A stretch of DNA of 64,000 nucleotides from Actinomycetales bacterium (GTDB lineage Bacteria > Actinomycetota > Actinomycetes > Actinomycetales > Dermatophilaceae), in assembly GCA_038230235.1 (NCBI GenBank), contig JBBRNQ010000001.1:23918-87917 (forward strand), written 5' to 3'. Within the stretch, counting starts at the first letter, position 1; the number at the start of each line of letters is the position of its first letter. Below the pieces are notes generated by a model. The model had not been told where the DNA came from and searched no databases. It saw only the letters and a program-made list of their open reading frames with translations. Of this stretch, positions 1-9,799 are shown piece after piece. A program made the translations under genes and the position numbers.

Positions 1-1011
1 GGGCTCCTCGTCGGCGCGACGATCGTCACCTACGACGGCAGCCCGGCGTACCCCTCGACGGATGCCGTGTGGATGCTCGCGGCGCGGGAAGGGGTGACCG
101 TGCTCGGCACCAGCCCCGGCTACGTCGCCGCCTGCGCCAAGGCGGGGTCCGCGCCGAAGGACGACCACGACCTGGGCCGTCTGCGGAGCGTCGGGGTCAC
201 CGGATCGACCCTGCCCACGCCGTCGTACCACTGGCTCGCCGAGCACCTGCCCGCCGGTGTGCAGGTGATGCCGACCTCGGGTGGCACCGACGTCGCGACC
301 GGCTTCGTCGGGGGCGCGCCCTCGGTCCCGGTCTGGCCGGGCGAGATCAGCGCGGCCGCGCTCGGGGTCGCCCTCGACGCGTTCGACGAGCACGGCGCCA
401 GCGTGCGCGGTCGCGTCGGCGAGCTGGTCGTCACCCGACCCATGCCGTCGATGCCGCTGCGCTTCTGGGACGACCCCGACGGCGTGCGGCTGCGCGAGGC
501 CTACTTCGACACCTACCCCGGCGTGTGGCGGCACGGGGACTGGGTCACGATCACGGAGCGGGGCTCGGTGACCATCCACGGTCGCTCCGACGCCACCCTG
601 AACCGCAACGGGGTGCGCATGGGCAGCGCCGACATCTACGAGGTCGTCGAGCAGCTGCCCGAGGTCGTCGAGGCCCTCGTGGTCGGCATCGAGGAGGAGG
701 GTGGGGGCTACTGGATGCCGCTGTTCGTCCACCTGGCCGACGGGGTCGTCCTCGACGCCGAGCTCGACCGGCGGCTGCGTCAGGCCATCCGCCAGCACGC
801 CTCACCGCGGCACGTGCCTGACGAGGTCGTCGCCGTGCGCGGCATACCGCACACGCGCACCGGCAAGAAGCTCGAGGTGCCGGTCAAGCGGATGCTCCAG
901 GGGTCCGCATCCGGGTCCGCCTTCGACCCGGGTGGGGTCGACGACCCCTCGCTGGTCGACGACTTCCTGGCCGTCGGCGACCGGCGGCGGGCCGCGGCGA
1001 AGGCGACGTGA
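1..1011 (+). CDS. Acetoacetate-CoA ligase (AMP-binding family), 5' end outside window
   Basis: Frame is open from base 1 (GLLVGATIVTYDGSPAYP). Motifs SGGTD, GELV, WRHGD, GRSDATLNRNGVRMG and TRTGKKLEVPVK are typical of acetoacetyl-CoA synthetases. Confidence 0.9.
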   Translation, partial: GLLVGATIVTYDGSPAYPSTDAVWMLAAREGVTVLGTSPGYVAACAKAGSAPKDDHDLGRLRSVGVTGSTLPTPSYHWLAEHLPAGVQVMPTSGGTDVATGFVGGAPSVPVWPGEISAAALGVALDAFDEHGASVRGRVGELVVTRPMPSMPLRFWDDPDGVRLREAYFDTYPGVWRHGDWVTITERGSVTIHGRSDATLNRNGVRMGSADIYEVVEQLPEVVEALVVGIEEEGGGYWMPLFVHLADGVVLDAELDRRLRQAIRQHASPRHVPDEVVAVRGIPHTRTGKKLEVPVKRMLQGSASGSAFDPGGVDDPSLVDDFLAVGDRRRAAAKAT

Positions 1012-1067
1012 CGACCCGCACAGGTTCGGCTCCCGGTCACCGGATGCCGTCGGCGCTCCGGATCCGC

Positions 1068-1073
1068 TAGCGT
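1068..1073 (+). promoter_or_regulatory. -10 element (TAGCGT), probable leaderless promoter of bioY
   Basis: TANNNT hexamer 7 nt before ATG 1081; no Shine-Dalgarno sequence. Confidence 0.55.
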
Positions 1074-1080
1074 CACGGTC

Positions 1081-1659
1081 ATGTCCCAGCTGACCGTCAA
1101 CGCCCGCCCCCGCGTCCTCGGTGACGCCATCCCCGGCGGCGCCGTGCGCGACGTCGCCCTCGTCCTGGGCGGGGCCGGGCTCATCGGCATCGCCTCGCAG
1201 GTTGTCATCCCGCTCAGCTTCACCCCGATCCCGGTCACCCTCCAGACCCTGGCCGTGCTGCTCGTCGGGGCCGGCCTGGGCACGGTGCGCGGGTTCGCGG
1301 CGCTGTCGGTCTACGCCGTCGCCGGCATCGCCGGCGTCCCGTGGTTCGCCGGGGCCGGGCACGGCTTCGGGGGGGCCGCCTTCGGCTACATCCTCGGCTT
1401 CTGGCTCTCGGCGCTGGTCGTCGGTCGCCTGGCCGAGAGGGGGACGACCCGCAGCACGTGGAAGACCGCGCTCACCATGCTGGCGGGCAACGCCATCATC
1501 TACGCCGTCGGTATCCCCTGGCTGATGGCCACTGCGCACGTCGGCCTCGCCAAGGGTCTCGCCCTCGGCCTGACCCCCTTCCTGATCGGCGACGCCCTCA
1601 AGCTCGCGGTCGCCTCGGGGCTGCTTCCGAGCGCGTGGAAGCTCACCGGCCGCCGCTGA
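1081..1659 (+). CDS. bioY: Biotin transporter BioY (ECF S-component)
   Basis: PVPITLQT-like motif (PIPVTLQTLAV), G.P.FAG, GYILGF, PFLIGDALK; hydrophobic 192 aa. Confidence 0.93.
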   Translation: MSQLTVNARPRVLGDAIPGGAVRDVALVLGGAGLIGIASQVVIPLSFTPIPVTLQTLAVLLVGAGLGTVRGFAALSVYAVAGIAGVPWFAGAGHGFGGAAFGYILGFWLSALVVGRLAERGTTRSTWKTALTMLAGNAIIYAVGIPWLMATAHVGLAKGLALGLTPFLIGDALKLAVASGLLPSAWKLTGRR

Positions 1660-1857
1660 CGACCCGAGACCTCGGCTTGCGGGCCAGGGTTCGCGCTGCG
1701 GGAGGCGGGTGCGACCGGTACCGTCAGGGGTGTCGGCCGCGCAACCCCCTTCAGGGTTGACGGCCACGATCGGTCTGGGTGATCTTCGACACCGGGGTGT
1801 CACGCTTGCTCTCCTGCCATCGACGACCGCCAGGGTCGTCGGTCTCGGTGGGAGGTC

Positions 1858-2787
1858 ATGCTCAGGGAGGTGAGGTCAGGTCGGTGCAGGTGCGCACCCG
1901 TTCACGACCCACAAGGGGGACTTGTGCTTCGTCGCTCGTCAACCGTCGTCGGCCTCACCGCCGCGTCGGCTCTCGTCACCACCATCCTCGCCACCTCGCC
2001 TGCGCTGGGGGCCTCGTCCGGCACCGGGGCCGCTGCTGGCACCTCCGTGCTCAGCTTCCCCTTCTCCGGCAGCACCGGCACGATCACGGCCCCCGTGAAC
2101 GTCGGCACCGTGGCAGCGGTCAGGTCGTCCGTCGTCACCCAGAACAGCGGCTCGGCGCAGGCCGTCGCCGGGCTCACGGGGGCGGGGCAGGCGATGGCCC
2201 TGCCCTCCTACTCGGCCGGTTCACCGAAGAACGCCGTCGTGAAGGTCGCCAACGTCGCGACCTCAGGAGCCGACCCGCTCAACCCGGGCTCGGGCACCTT
2301 CAGCTGGCAGGCAGACTTCAACCAGGACGCCCAGCTCGGCACCGACCCTCGCGACGGGGACAACGTCGTGCAGCGCGGGCTCACGAGCATCAAGACCGGC
2401 AACACGATGTGGAAGCTGCAGGCTGACCACCACATCGTGCAGTGCGGGATGCAGAGCGTCCTGATGACGGGTGACCTGCTGACTCCGGGCATCACGATCC
2501 CGGTCGCCCCCGGAGCCACGCAGTCTGGCTGGTACCGCGCGACCTGCACCCGAAGGGCCGGCGCGACCGCGACCCTGACCGCCACCGTCACCCGCTGGAA
2601 CGGGGCGACCTCGTCGTGGGTGGCCTTCGGCTCCCAGACGGTGGGAGGCGCCGCCGGCTCGGTCAAGATGAAGATCGGCGTCCCGGTGAGCATCGGCGGG
2701 AAGCTCGACACGAAAGGCGTCGGGCTCAACGCCACCCCTGACCAGTTCAACGGTGACATCGACAACGTCCGCCTCACCCTCGGGTGA
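1858..2787 (+). CDS. Secreted protein with LamG-like (concanavalin A-like) jellyroll domain; true start may be GTG ~1924
   Basis: Signal-peptide-like [16 protein letters not shown]...PALG; C-terminal PVSIGGK...[12 protein letters not shown] pattern typical of LamG_3 domains. Confidence 0.65.
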   Translation: MLREVRSGRCRCAPVHDPQGGLVLRRSSTVVGLTAASALVTTILATSPALGASSGTGAAAGTSVLSFPFSGSTGTITAPVNVGTVAAVRSSVVTQNSGSAQAVAGLTGAGQAMALPSYSAGSPKNAVVKVANVATSGADPLNPGSGTFSWQADFNQDAQLGTDPRDGDNVVQRGLTSIKTGNTMWKLQADHHIVQCGMQSVLMTGDLLTPGITIPVAPGATQSGWYRATCTRRAGATATLTATVTRWNGATSSWVAFGSQTVGGAAGSVKMKIGVPVSIGGKLDTKGVGLNATPDQFNGDIDNVRLTLG

Positions 2788-2908
2788 CCCCGTACGGCGT
2801 GCTGGCCTTGCCTGCGCGTCAACCTTGCGGAAACATCGCCGCTCTAGGCTGCCGGGCAGCCGACCTGCGGTCGTCGCCGCTGCCCGCCGTCTCACCCCCA
2901 GGAGCCTG

Positions 2909-3574
2909 ATGCACCTCACGCCCTCGGACACCGAGAAGCTGCTGCTCAGCGTGGCGGGGATGGTCGCCCGCGACCGCCTCGACCGCGGGGTGCTGCTCAA
3001 CTACCCCGAGACGGTGGCACTGCTCAGCACCTGGGTCATCGAACGGGCTCGCGAGGGCTCCGGGGTCGCCGAGCTGATGGAGCGCGGCCGCAGCGTGCTG
3101 AACGCTGACCAGGTGATGGCAGGCGTACCCGAGATGATCCACGACATCCAGGTCGAGGCGACCTTCCCCGACGGCCGCAAGCTCGTCACGCTTCACCACC
3201 CGGTCGGGCCGGGGTCGGCTCCCGCCACTGACGCCTCCGGGGGAGGCTCCGGCTGGCCCGGCGAGGTGACCGCCACCGACGGCACGCTCCTGCTCAACGA
3301 GCGCCCTGAGGGGATGCGCATCGAGCTCGTCCTCGAGAACACCGGCGACCGGCCCATCCAGGTCGGCTCCCACGTGCACCTCCCCGACGCGAACGCCTCG
3401 CTCGCCTTCGACCGTGAGGCCGCCCACGGGTTCCGGCTCGACCTCCCGTCGGGCACCTCGCAGCGTTTCGAGCCCGGTGCCTCGCGCACCGTCTCGGCGG
3501 TCTCCATCCAGGGGGCCCGCCGGGTACCCGGCATCCAGGTCAAGTCCGAGGCGGAGGCACTGCTCGATGGCTGA
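2909..3574 (+). CDS. ureAB: Fused urease subunit gamma/beta
   Basis: [11 protein letters not shown]...LNYPE...[16 protein letters not shown] (gamma), then [12 protein letters not shown]...[17 protein letters not shown] (beta). AGGAG RBS before ATG 2909. Confidence 0.95.
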   Translation: MHLTPSDTEKLLLSVAGMVARDRLDRGVLLNYPETVALLSTWVIERAREGSGVAELMERGRSVLNADQVMAGVPEMIHDIQVEATFPDGRKLVTLHHPVGPGSAPATDASGGGSGWPGEVTATDGTLLLNERPEGMRIELVLENTGDRPIQVGSHVHLPDANASLAFDREAAHGFRLDLPSGTSQRFEPGASRTVSAVSIQGARRVPGIQVKSEAEALLDG

Positions 3575-5270
3575 GATCTCCCGCGCCGACTACGCAGCGC
3601 TCTACGGACCCACCACCGGCGACCAGGTGCGCCTCGGTGACACCGACCTGTGGGTGCAGGTCGAGATGGACCACACCGTCGGCGGTGAGGAAGCCGTCTT
3701 CGGGGGTGGCAAGTCGATCCGCGAGTCGATGGCGCAGTCGGACCGCACTCGCGCCCAGGGCGTGCTCGACACCGTCATCACCAACGCCGTCGTGCTCGAC
3801 CACTGGGGCGTCGTGCGGGCCGACGTCGGCATCCGCGACGGGCGCATCGTCGCCCTCGGCCGCTCCGGGAACCCCGACATCGCCGACGGCGTGCACCCCG
3901 ATCTGGTCATCGGCCCCTCGACCGACGTCATCAGCGGGGAAGGACGCATCCTCACCGCAGGCGGCATCGACAGCCACGTGCACCTGCTCTCGGCCTCCCA
4001 GGTCGTCGAGGCCCTGGCGACCGGCATCACCACCATCGGCGGTGGTGGCACGGGCCCCTCCGAGGGCACCAAGGCGACCACCGTCACGCCCGGTGCCTGG
4101 CACCTGCAGCAGGTGCACCGGGGCCTCGACCCGCTCCCGGTCAACGTGCTGCTGCTCGGGAAGGGCAACACGACCAGCCTCGCCGCCCTGCGCGAGCAGG
4201 CCCTCGGCGGGGCCGGCGGCTACAAGGTGCACGAGGACTGGGGCTCCACCCCGGCGGCGATCGACGCGGCCCTGCGCTCCGCCGACGAGATGGGTCTGCA
4301 GGTCGCCCTGCACTCCGACAGCCTCAACGAGGCCGGCTTCCTCGAGTCGACCCTCCGAGCCATCGGTGGGCGCTCGATCCACGCCTTCCACGCCGAGGGC
4401 GCCGGTGGTGGTCACGCACCCGACATCATGAAGGTCGCCGGGCAGCCCCACATCATCCCCGGGTCGACCAACCCGACCCTGCCCCACACGGTCAACACCG
4501 TCGCCGAGCACCTCGACATGCTCATCGTGTGCCACCACCTCAACCCCGCCGTGCCCGAGGACCTCGCCTTCGCCGAGTCGCGCATCCGCGAGACGACGAT
4601 CGCGGCCGAGGACGTGCTGCACGACATGGGAGCGATGTCGATCACGTCGTCCGACGCCCAGGCGATGGGCCGCATCGGTGAGGTCATCACCCGCACCTGG
4701 CAGGTCGCGCACGTCATGAAGGCCCGACGGGGTTCGCTCGGGACCAGCCTCCCGGCCGACAACGAGCGGGCCCGGCGCTACGTCGCGAAGTACACCATCA
4801 ACCCCGCCGTCGCGCACGGGATCGACCACGAGGTCGGGTCGGTCGAGCCGGGCAAGCTGGCCGACCTCGTGCTGTGGGACCCGCGCTTCTTCGGCATCCG
4901 TCCCGACGTCGTCATCAAGGGTGGCGCCATCGTCTGGGGCGCGCTCGGCGACCCGAACGCGTCCATCCCCACCCCCCAGCCGGTGCTCATGCGGCCCACC
5001 CTCTACGAGGGCAACGGGGCCGACCTGTCGGTGAGCTTCGTGGCTCCCGCTGCGCTCGACGACGGCCTGGCCGGCCGGCTCGGGCTGCGCAGGCGGCTCG
5101 TCGGGGTGCGCCCGACCCGCGACGTCGGGAAGGCCCAGATGGTCAACAACGACTACTGCCCGGTCATCGACATCGACCCCGAGACGTTCGCCATCACGGT
5201 CGACGGCGAGCTGGTGCTGCCCGCCCCGGCCGAGCGGCTGCCGCTGGCCCAGCTCTACACGATGTTCTGA
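3567..5270 (+). CDS. ureC: Urease subunit alpha
   Basis: Ni-ligand motifs [40 protein letters not shown]; start [10 protein letters not shown] overlaps the ureAB end. Confidence 0.97.
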   Translation: MAEISRADYAALYGPTTGDQVRLGDTDLWVQVEMDHTVGGEEAVFGGGKSIRESMAQSDRTRAQGVLDTVITNAVVLDHWGVVRADVGIRDGRIVALGRSGNPDIADGVHPDLVIGPSTDVISGEGRILTAGGIDSHVHLLSASQVVEALATGITTIGGGGTGPSEGTKATTVTPGAWHLQQVHRGLDPLPVNVLLLGKGNTTSLAALREQALGGAGGYKVHEDWGSTPAAIDAALRSADEMGLQVALHSDSLNEAGFLESTLRAIGGRSIHAFHAEGAGGGHAPDIMKVAGQPHIIPGSTNPTLPHTVNTVAEHLDMLIVCHHLNPAVPEDLAFAESRIRETTIAAEDVLHDMGAMSITSSDAQAMGRIGEVITRTWQVAHVMKARRGSLGTSLPADNERARRYVAKYTINPAVAHGIDHEVGSVEPGKLADLVLWDPRFFGIRPDVVIKGGAIVWGALGDPNASIPTPQPVLMRPTLYEGNGADLSVSFVAPAALDDGLAGRLGLRRRLVGVRPTRDVGKAQMVNNDYCPVIDIDPETFAITVDGELVLPAPAERLPLAQLYTMF

Positions 5271-5284
5271 CCGGACCCGCGCCC

Positions 5285-5980
5285 GTGCCCGACCTGCTCA
5301 CGTCCTCCCCTCCAGCCCGCTCCCCCGAGCTGGTACTCATGCTGCTCGCCGACGCTCGGCTGCCGACCTCGGGCCACACCCAGTCGGGCGGCCTCGAGCC
5401 GGCCCTGCTCGGCGGGCTCGCTCCGTCGCAGGTGCGCGACTACTGCCGCACGAGGCTGCACACCGTGACGCGGACGGAGGCCGCCGTGGCCGTCGTCGCA
5501 CGGGCCCGGGCCACCGCCGGGCGACCCACCGACGACGTGGAGACCGCGTGGGCGGCGCGCACGCCGAGCCCCGCCCTGCGGGCGGCCTCCCGCGACGTCG
5601 GCCGCGCCTACCGTCGGCTCGCGCTGCGGGTCTGGCCGGACGCGGGTGAGCTCAGCGAGCTGGCTCACGTCACCACCCCGTGCCGCCCGCGCGTCGTCGG
5701 CCTCCTCGGTGCGGCCCTGGGTCTCGGGCCGGCGCAGGTCGCGCGACTGGTCGCCTACGACGACGTGCAGTCGGTGCTCGCAGCCTCCCTCAAGCTCGCG
5801 CCGGGTGACCCGGCCGCAGCGACCGCCGCCCTCGTCGAGCTGGCGCCCGACCTCGAGGCCGTCGTGGTGGCGGTCGAGCAGCTGACCGAGCCGGACGACA
5901 TCCCTGCGGCCTCGGCCCCCCTCATCGAGGCCTGGGCCCAGGCTCACGCCGCCACGACGAGGAGGCTCTTCCGTGCCTGA
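5285..5980 (+). CDS. ureF: Urease accessory protein UreF
   Basis: [19 protein letters not shown] at the N-terminus, C-terminal RLFRA, position between ureC and ureG. Start uncertain (5285 or 5339). Confidence 0.88.
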   Translation: MPDLLTSSPPARSPELVLMLLADARLPTSGHTQSGGLEPALLGGLAPSQVRDYCRTRLHTVTRTEAAVAVVARARATAGRPTDDVETAWAARTPSPALRAASRDVGRAYRRLALRVWPDAGELSELAHVTTPCRPRVVGLLGAALGLGPAQVARLVAYDDVQSVLAASLKLAPGDPAAATAALVELAPDLEAVVVAVEQLTEPDDIPAASAPLIEAWAQAHAATTRRLFRA

Positions 5981-6077
5981 CCAACCATCCTCGGTGCCTG
6001 ACCACCGACTTTCTGTTCCTGATCAACCACTGTCGGTGCCTGATCAACCATCTTCTGTTCCTGATCACCTACCAGGA
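5973..6077 (+). repeat. 5 x 21-bp degenerate tandem repeat encoding VPD(Q/H)xxS at the UreG N-terminus
   Basis: Units gtgcctgaccaaccatcctcg / gtgcctgaccaccgactttct / gttcctgatcaaccactgtcg / gtgcctgatcaaccatcttct / gttcctgatcacctaccagga. Confidence 0.9.
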
Positions 6078-6851
6078 CACGGTGTCCCCCGGTCGTCGAC
6101 GACCCCGGCCCGGGCCCTGCGTCTCGGGGTGTGCGGTCCGGTCGGCACCGGCAAGACCTCCCTCCTCGCCCTGGTCTGCCGCGAGCTCGCGTCGACGCTG
6201 TCCATCGCCGTGATCACCAACGACATCTACACGGACGAAGACGCCCGGATGCTCCGCGCCGCAGGCGTGCTCGCCCCTGAGCGGATCCGCGCGGTCGAGA
6301 CCGGGGCCTGCCCGCACACGGCCATCCGCGACGACGTGACCGCCAACCTGTTGGCCGTCGAGGACCTCGAAGCCGACTTCGACCCTGTCGACCTGGTGCT
6401 CGTGGAGTCGGGTGGCGACAACCTCACCGCCACCTTCTCCCCAGCCCTCGTCGACACCCAGGTCTTCGTGCTCGACGTGGCCGGCGGCGGAGACGTGGCC
6501 CGCAAGGGTGGGCCCGGAATCGCCCGGGCCGACCTGCTGGTGGTCAACAAGACCGACCTGGCGCCCTATGTGGGCGTGGACGTCGAGCTGATGGTGCACG
6601 ACGCGTCGGTCACGCGCGAGGGCAAGCCCGTGCTCGCCCTGTCCCGCACCGACCCCGGCTCCGTCGCCGCGCTGGTCGCGTGGGTGCAGGGCCAGGTCGA
6701 GACCCACCGGGCGGGGACGCTGGTGCCCCAGGACCCGGGGCCGATGGCTCCGCACTCGCACACGGGAGTCGTGCACACGCACGTCGGTGGTTCGATCTCC
6801 CACGGTCACCTCGACGGGTCGACCACGTCCGGGGCGGCCGGTGGCGTATGA
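5973..6851 (+). CDS. ureG: Urease accessory GTPase UreG
   Basis: GPVGTGKT P-loop, [32 protein letters not shown]. Confidence 0.96.
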   Translation: MPDQPSSVPDHRLSVPDQPLSVPDQPSSVPDHLPGHGVPRSSTTPARALRLGVCGPVGTGKTSLLALVCRELASTLSIAVITNDIYTDEDARMLRAAGVLAPERIRAVETGACPHTAIRDDVTANLLAVEDLEADFDPVDLVLVESGGDNLTATFSPALVDTQVFVLDVAGGGDVARKGGPGIARADLLVVNKTDLAPYVGVDVELMVHDASVTREGKPVLALSRTDPGSVAALVAWVQGQVETHRAGTLVPQDPGPMAPHSHTGVVHTHVGGSISHGHLDGSTTSGAAGGV

Positions 6852-6954
6852 CGTCTCGTTGTCGGCCGGCGCCGTTCTCGCCAACCGGGGCCAGCACCCC
6901 ACGGCGGCGTCCAGCTGGCGGGGAGTCGACCGATGGCGTCGCGGTGACCACCCC

Positions 6955-7824
6955 GTGAGCACCACCCGCCTGGTCGTCACCGGTGGCCGGGATGGGTCCC
7001 GACCCGACGTGCGCGTCGAGACGGCCGGCCCCCGTGGCCGTGGACACCTCGCCGCCCGCATCCTGCCCGCCCGTGCCGGGGTGGCGCGGGTCGCCCTGCT
7101 GGCCGAGGGTGCCCTGCTGCTCGGAGGCGACGAGGTCGAGGTGCACCTCGTGCTCGGCGACGGGGCGAGCGTCGAGGTCGTCGAGCCCGCCGGGACCGTG
7201 GCCTACGACATGCGTGGCGACCGAGCCTCCTGGCGGGTCGGCATCGAGGCCGGTGACGGCAGCCGGATCACCTGGCGTGGACAGAGCTTCGTGGTCTCCG
7301 ACGGTGCCGACGTCGACCGGTCCACGACCGTCGGCCTCGGCACCGGCGCCGTGGTCGCCCTGCGCGAGCTGCTGGTCCTCGGCCGCACCGGCGAGGCCGG
7401 TGGGCGGCTCCATACGACGACGAGGGTCGCCGGTAGCGGGCCGCTGCTGGTCGAGGAGCTGCTCCTCGACGGATCGCAGCCCTGCGTCGGCGTGCTCGGG
7501 GGGGCCCGGGTGCTCGAGACGGTCAGCGTGCTGGGCCGTCGTGCGACCCCGACCGACCTCGTCGCCCCCGCCCACCGCCTCGAGCTCGACCGGGAGGGGA
7601 CCCTGTTGCGCTGGTGGGGTGCCCGAGCCCACGAGAGCAGTCTGGCCCCTGCCTGGCGCGACGTGGTCTACGACATCCTGGCCACGTCAGCACCGACATC
7701 TACGTCGACACCGACACTCACACCGGCAACCGCGGCAACCACCCTGCCCCAGCTCACCGAGGAGAGCGATGTCACTACCCCTCCCCCCATGGGCGCAGCC
7801 GCTTCACCTGCAGCCACACCCTGA
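6955..7824 (+). CDS. ureD: Urease accessory protein UreD (actinobacterial type)
   Basis: LLGGDEV, VVEPAGTVAY, RELLVLGRTGE, last accessory gene of the ure operon. Start could be GTG 6841. Confidence 0.8.
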   Translation: MSTTRLVVTGGRDGSRPDVRVETAGPRGRGHLAARILPARAGVARVALLAEGALLLGGDEVEVHLVLGDGASVEVVEPAGTVAYDMRGDRASWRVGIEAGDGSRITWRGQSFVVSDGADVDRSTTVGLGTGAVVALRELLVLGRTGEAGGRLHTTTRVAGSGPLLVEELLLDGSQPCVGVLGGARVLETVSVLGRRATPTDLVAPAHRLELDREGTLLRWWGARAHESSLAPAWRDVVYDILATSAPTSTSTPTLTPATAATTLPQLTEESDVTTPPPMGAAASPAATP

Positions 7825-8224
7825 GGGCGGCTGGTACGCCGAGACGTGGCGTCACGAGACACAGGTCGGGCCCGAGCACCTCGACGACCCCGTCCTCGGC
7901 GGCTACCCCGGCCCCCGTCCCCTCGCCACGGCGATCTACTTCCTGCTGCTGCCCGGAGAGCAGTCGGCCTGGCACCGGGTGCGCTCGGCCGAGCTCTGGT
8001 TCGCCCACCGGGGGTCGCTCGAGCTCGGCCTCGGCGGTGTCGGCGACACCCCGCACGAGCTGACCACCCTCCGACTCGGTGTCGACGTGACCGGGGGGGA
8101 GCTACCCCAGGCCCTCGTCCCGGCGGGGGTCTGGCAGCGGGCCCTCCCCCTGCACGAGGAACCCTGCCTCGTCAGCTGCGTCGTGGCCCCGGGCTTCGAC
8201 TTCGACGACTTCAGGCTGGCCTGA
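7769..8224 (+). CDS. Cupin_5 (DUF985) family protein
   Basis: LQPHPEGGWYAETWR, TAIYFLL, WHRVRSAELW, LVSCVVAPGFDFDDF; GAGGAG RBS. Confidence 0.9.
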   Translation: MSLPLPPWAQPLHLQPHPEGGWYAETWRHETQVGPEHLDDPVLGGYPGPRPLATAIYFLLLPGEQSAWHRVRSAELWFAHRGSLELGLGGVGDTPHELTTLRLGVDVTGGELPQALVPAGVWQRALPLHEEPCLVSCVVAPGFDFDDFRLA

Positions 8225-8418
8225 ATCCCGTCCACGCCGGACCCCTGAGGCGTGGTGCCGGGCGCAGACGGCCGACCCCGGACCACGCCGGGCAGTCGGC
8301 GTGGCTACTCAGGGCCTCCCGACCCGAGAGCGTTGTCACCCCGTGGCGCTTTGCCCCGTTGCAGACAGGGGTGATGCGTCGCGACGAAGAGCGCCGTTTC
8401 ACCCCACTCGCGTCGTGT

Positions 8419-8500
8419 GCGTTCGACCCCGCTCCATACGGGGGTGGAACCTCGGGCCTTGGAGCGACGTCCTACCCCCGTATGGAGCGGGGTAGAACGC
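8419..8500. repeat. ~33-bp imperfect inverted repeat (REP-like / bidirectional terminator)
   Basis: gcgttcgaccccgctccatacgggggtggaac pairs with cgtcctacccccgtatggagcggggtagaacgc, between convergent genes. Confidence 0.8.
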
Positions 8501-8521
8501 CGGTGCCGACGCGGACCCGGC

Positions 8522-9712
8522 TCAGGCCTTCACCATCGACAGCACGACGTCGGCGGCGCGCCCGCTGCCTCCGCAGTCCAGGAGGTCGGCGCCGAGGGCC
8601 CTGGCCCGCGACGACGCGTCGGAGGCGAGCAGCTCGTCGGCCGCTCGCCTGATCGACTCCGGCGAGGGCGGCGAGCCGGTCAGCACGCGGCCGGCACCCA
8701 GCCTCTCGAGGCGGGAGGCCACGAGCGGCTGGTCGGCGGTCTGGGGGTAGAGCAGCATCGGCACCCCGTGCACGAGGCTCTCACTGGCGCTGTTCATCCC
8801 CGCGTGCGTGACGAAGAGCGACGCCCGGGCGAGCACGGCCAGCTGTGGAACGAACCGGCGCACAATGGCGTTGGCCGGCAGCTCGCCCAGCTCGGACACG
8901 TCGGTGCGGTCTCCGATCGACAGGAGCACCGGACCGGGGTGGTCGGCGAAGGCGGTGAGGCACGCGCGGAGGAAGTCGGGGCGGTGGTTGAGCCGGGTGC
9001 CCAGCGACACGTAGACCAGCGGGCCAGCGGGGAGGTCGGCCAGCTCGGGGTGGTCGGGGCTCGCGACCGACACCGGTGAGCCGACGAAGACGACGTCGTC
9101 CCCCAAGTGGTCGCTTCCGGGCTGGAGACCGCGCGAGGTCCAGGCGATGGTCCGGTCGGCCATCCCCCCGAGCACCCTCAGGGGTCCGCCGAGGTCGACG
9201 CCGTACTGACGTCGCAGGCGACGGCGGGTCGCGGCGTACCGCACGAGGTGCGGCAGCCCGCCCACCACCTCGGCGACGAGCTGCGCCCTGAGCTGCCAGG
9301 TGCTCTCGAGCCCGGCGTGGACGACGAAGGTCGTGCTGGACGAGACGCATGGCACCCCGAGGCGCTCGGCGGCCAACCGGCCCCAGGGCGCCGAGGCGTC
9401 GACGAGCACGACGTCGGGCTCAGTGTGCCGCAGCAGGTCGAGCGACCACGGCAGCGACTGGTACGTGGCCTCGGCGAGCTCGTGGCAGATCCGGGCCAGG
9501 CCCTCGGGGGGAGTCGCGACGCGCGCGACGATCTCGGCCGGGTAGTCCGACAGGGTCGCTCCGGTGGCGGCGAGCTTGTCCGTCAGGTCGGGTGTGCTCG
9601 TGACCGTGACGTCGCAGCCTCTCGCGACGAGCTCGGACAGCACGGGCACGAGCGGACCGACGTGACCGCTGATCGGCAGAGTGAGGACGGTGACCCGCAG
9701 GCGGCTGTGCAC
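8522..9712 (-). CDS. MGT-family (macrolide-type, GT1) UDP-glycosyltransferase
   Basis: N-terminal GHVGP catalytic His; PSPG-like box FVPQLAVLARASLFVTHAGMNSASESLVHGVPMLLYPQTADQ. Confidence 0.88.
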   Translation of the reverse strand: MHSRLRVTVLTLPISGHVGPLVPVLSELVARGCDVTVTSTPDLTDKLAATGATLSDYPAEIVARVATPPEGLARICHELAEATYQSLPWSLDLLRHTEPDVVLVDASAPWGRLAAERLGVPCVSSSTTFVVHAGLESTWQLRAQLVAEVVGGLPHLVRYAATRRRLRRQYGVDLGGPLRVLGGMADRTIAWTSRGLQPGSDHLGDDVVFVGSPVSVASPDHPELADLPAGPLVYVSLGTRLNHRPDFLRACLTAFADHPGPVLLSIGDRTDVSELGELPANAIVRRFVPQLAVLARASLFVTHAGMNSASESLVHGVPMLLYPQTADQPLVASRLERLGAGRVLTGSPPSPESIRRAADELLASDASSRARALGADLLDCGGSGRAADVVLSMVKA

Positions 9713-9799
9713 GAGGTCACGCTAACGGTGTCGCCGACCTCTCGGCGGTGGTCTGGGTGTGGCGCCCGTCTCGCCCGAGGACGAACTGGCCCACCCTGC

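Noticed and set aside
5973-6077. CRISPR array (also considered for 61469-61591)
   Set aside because: Repeats are head-to-tail with no unique spacers, are in frame within genes, and there are no cas genes.
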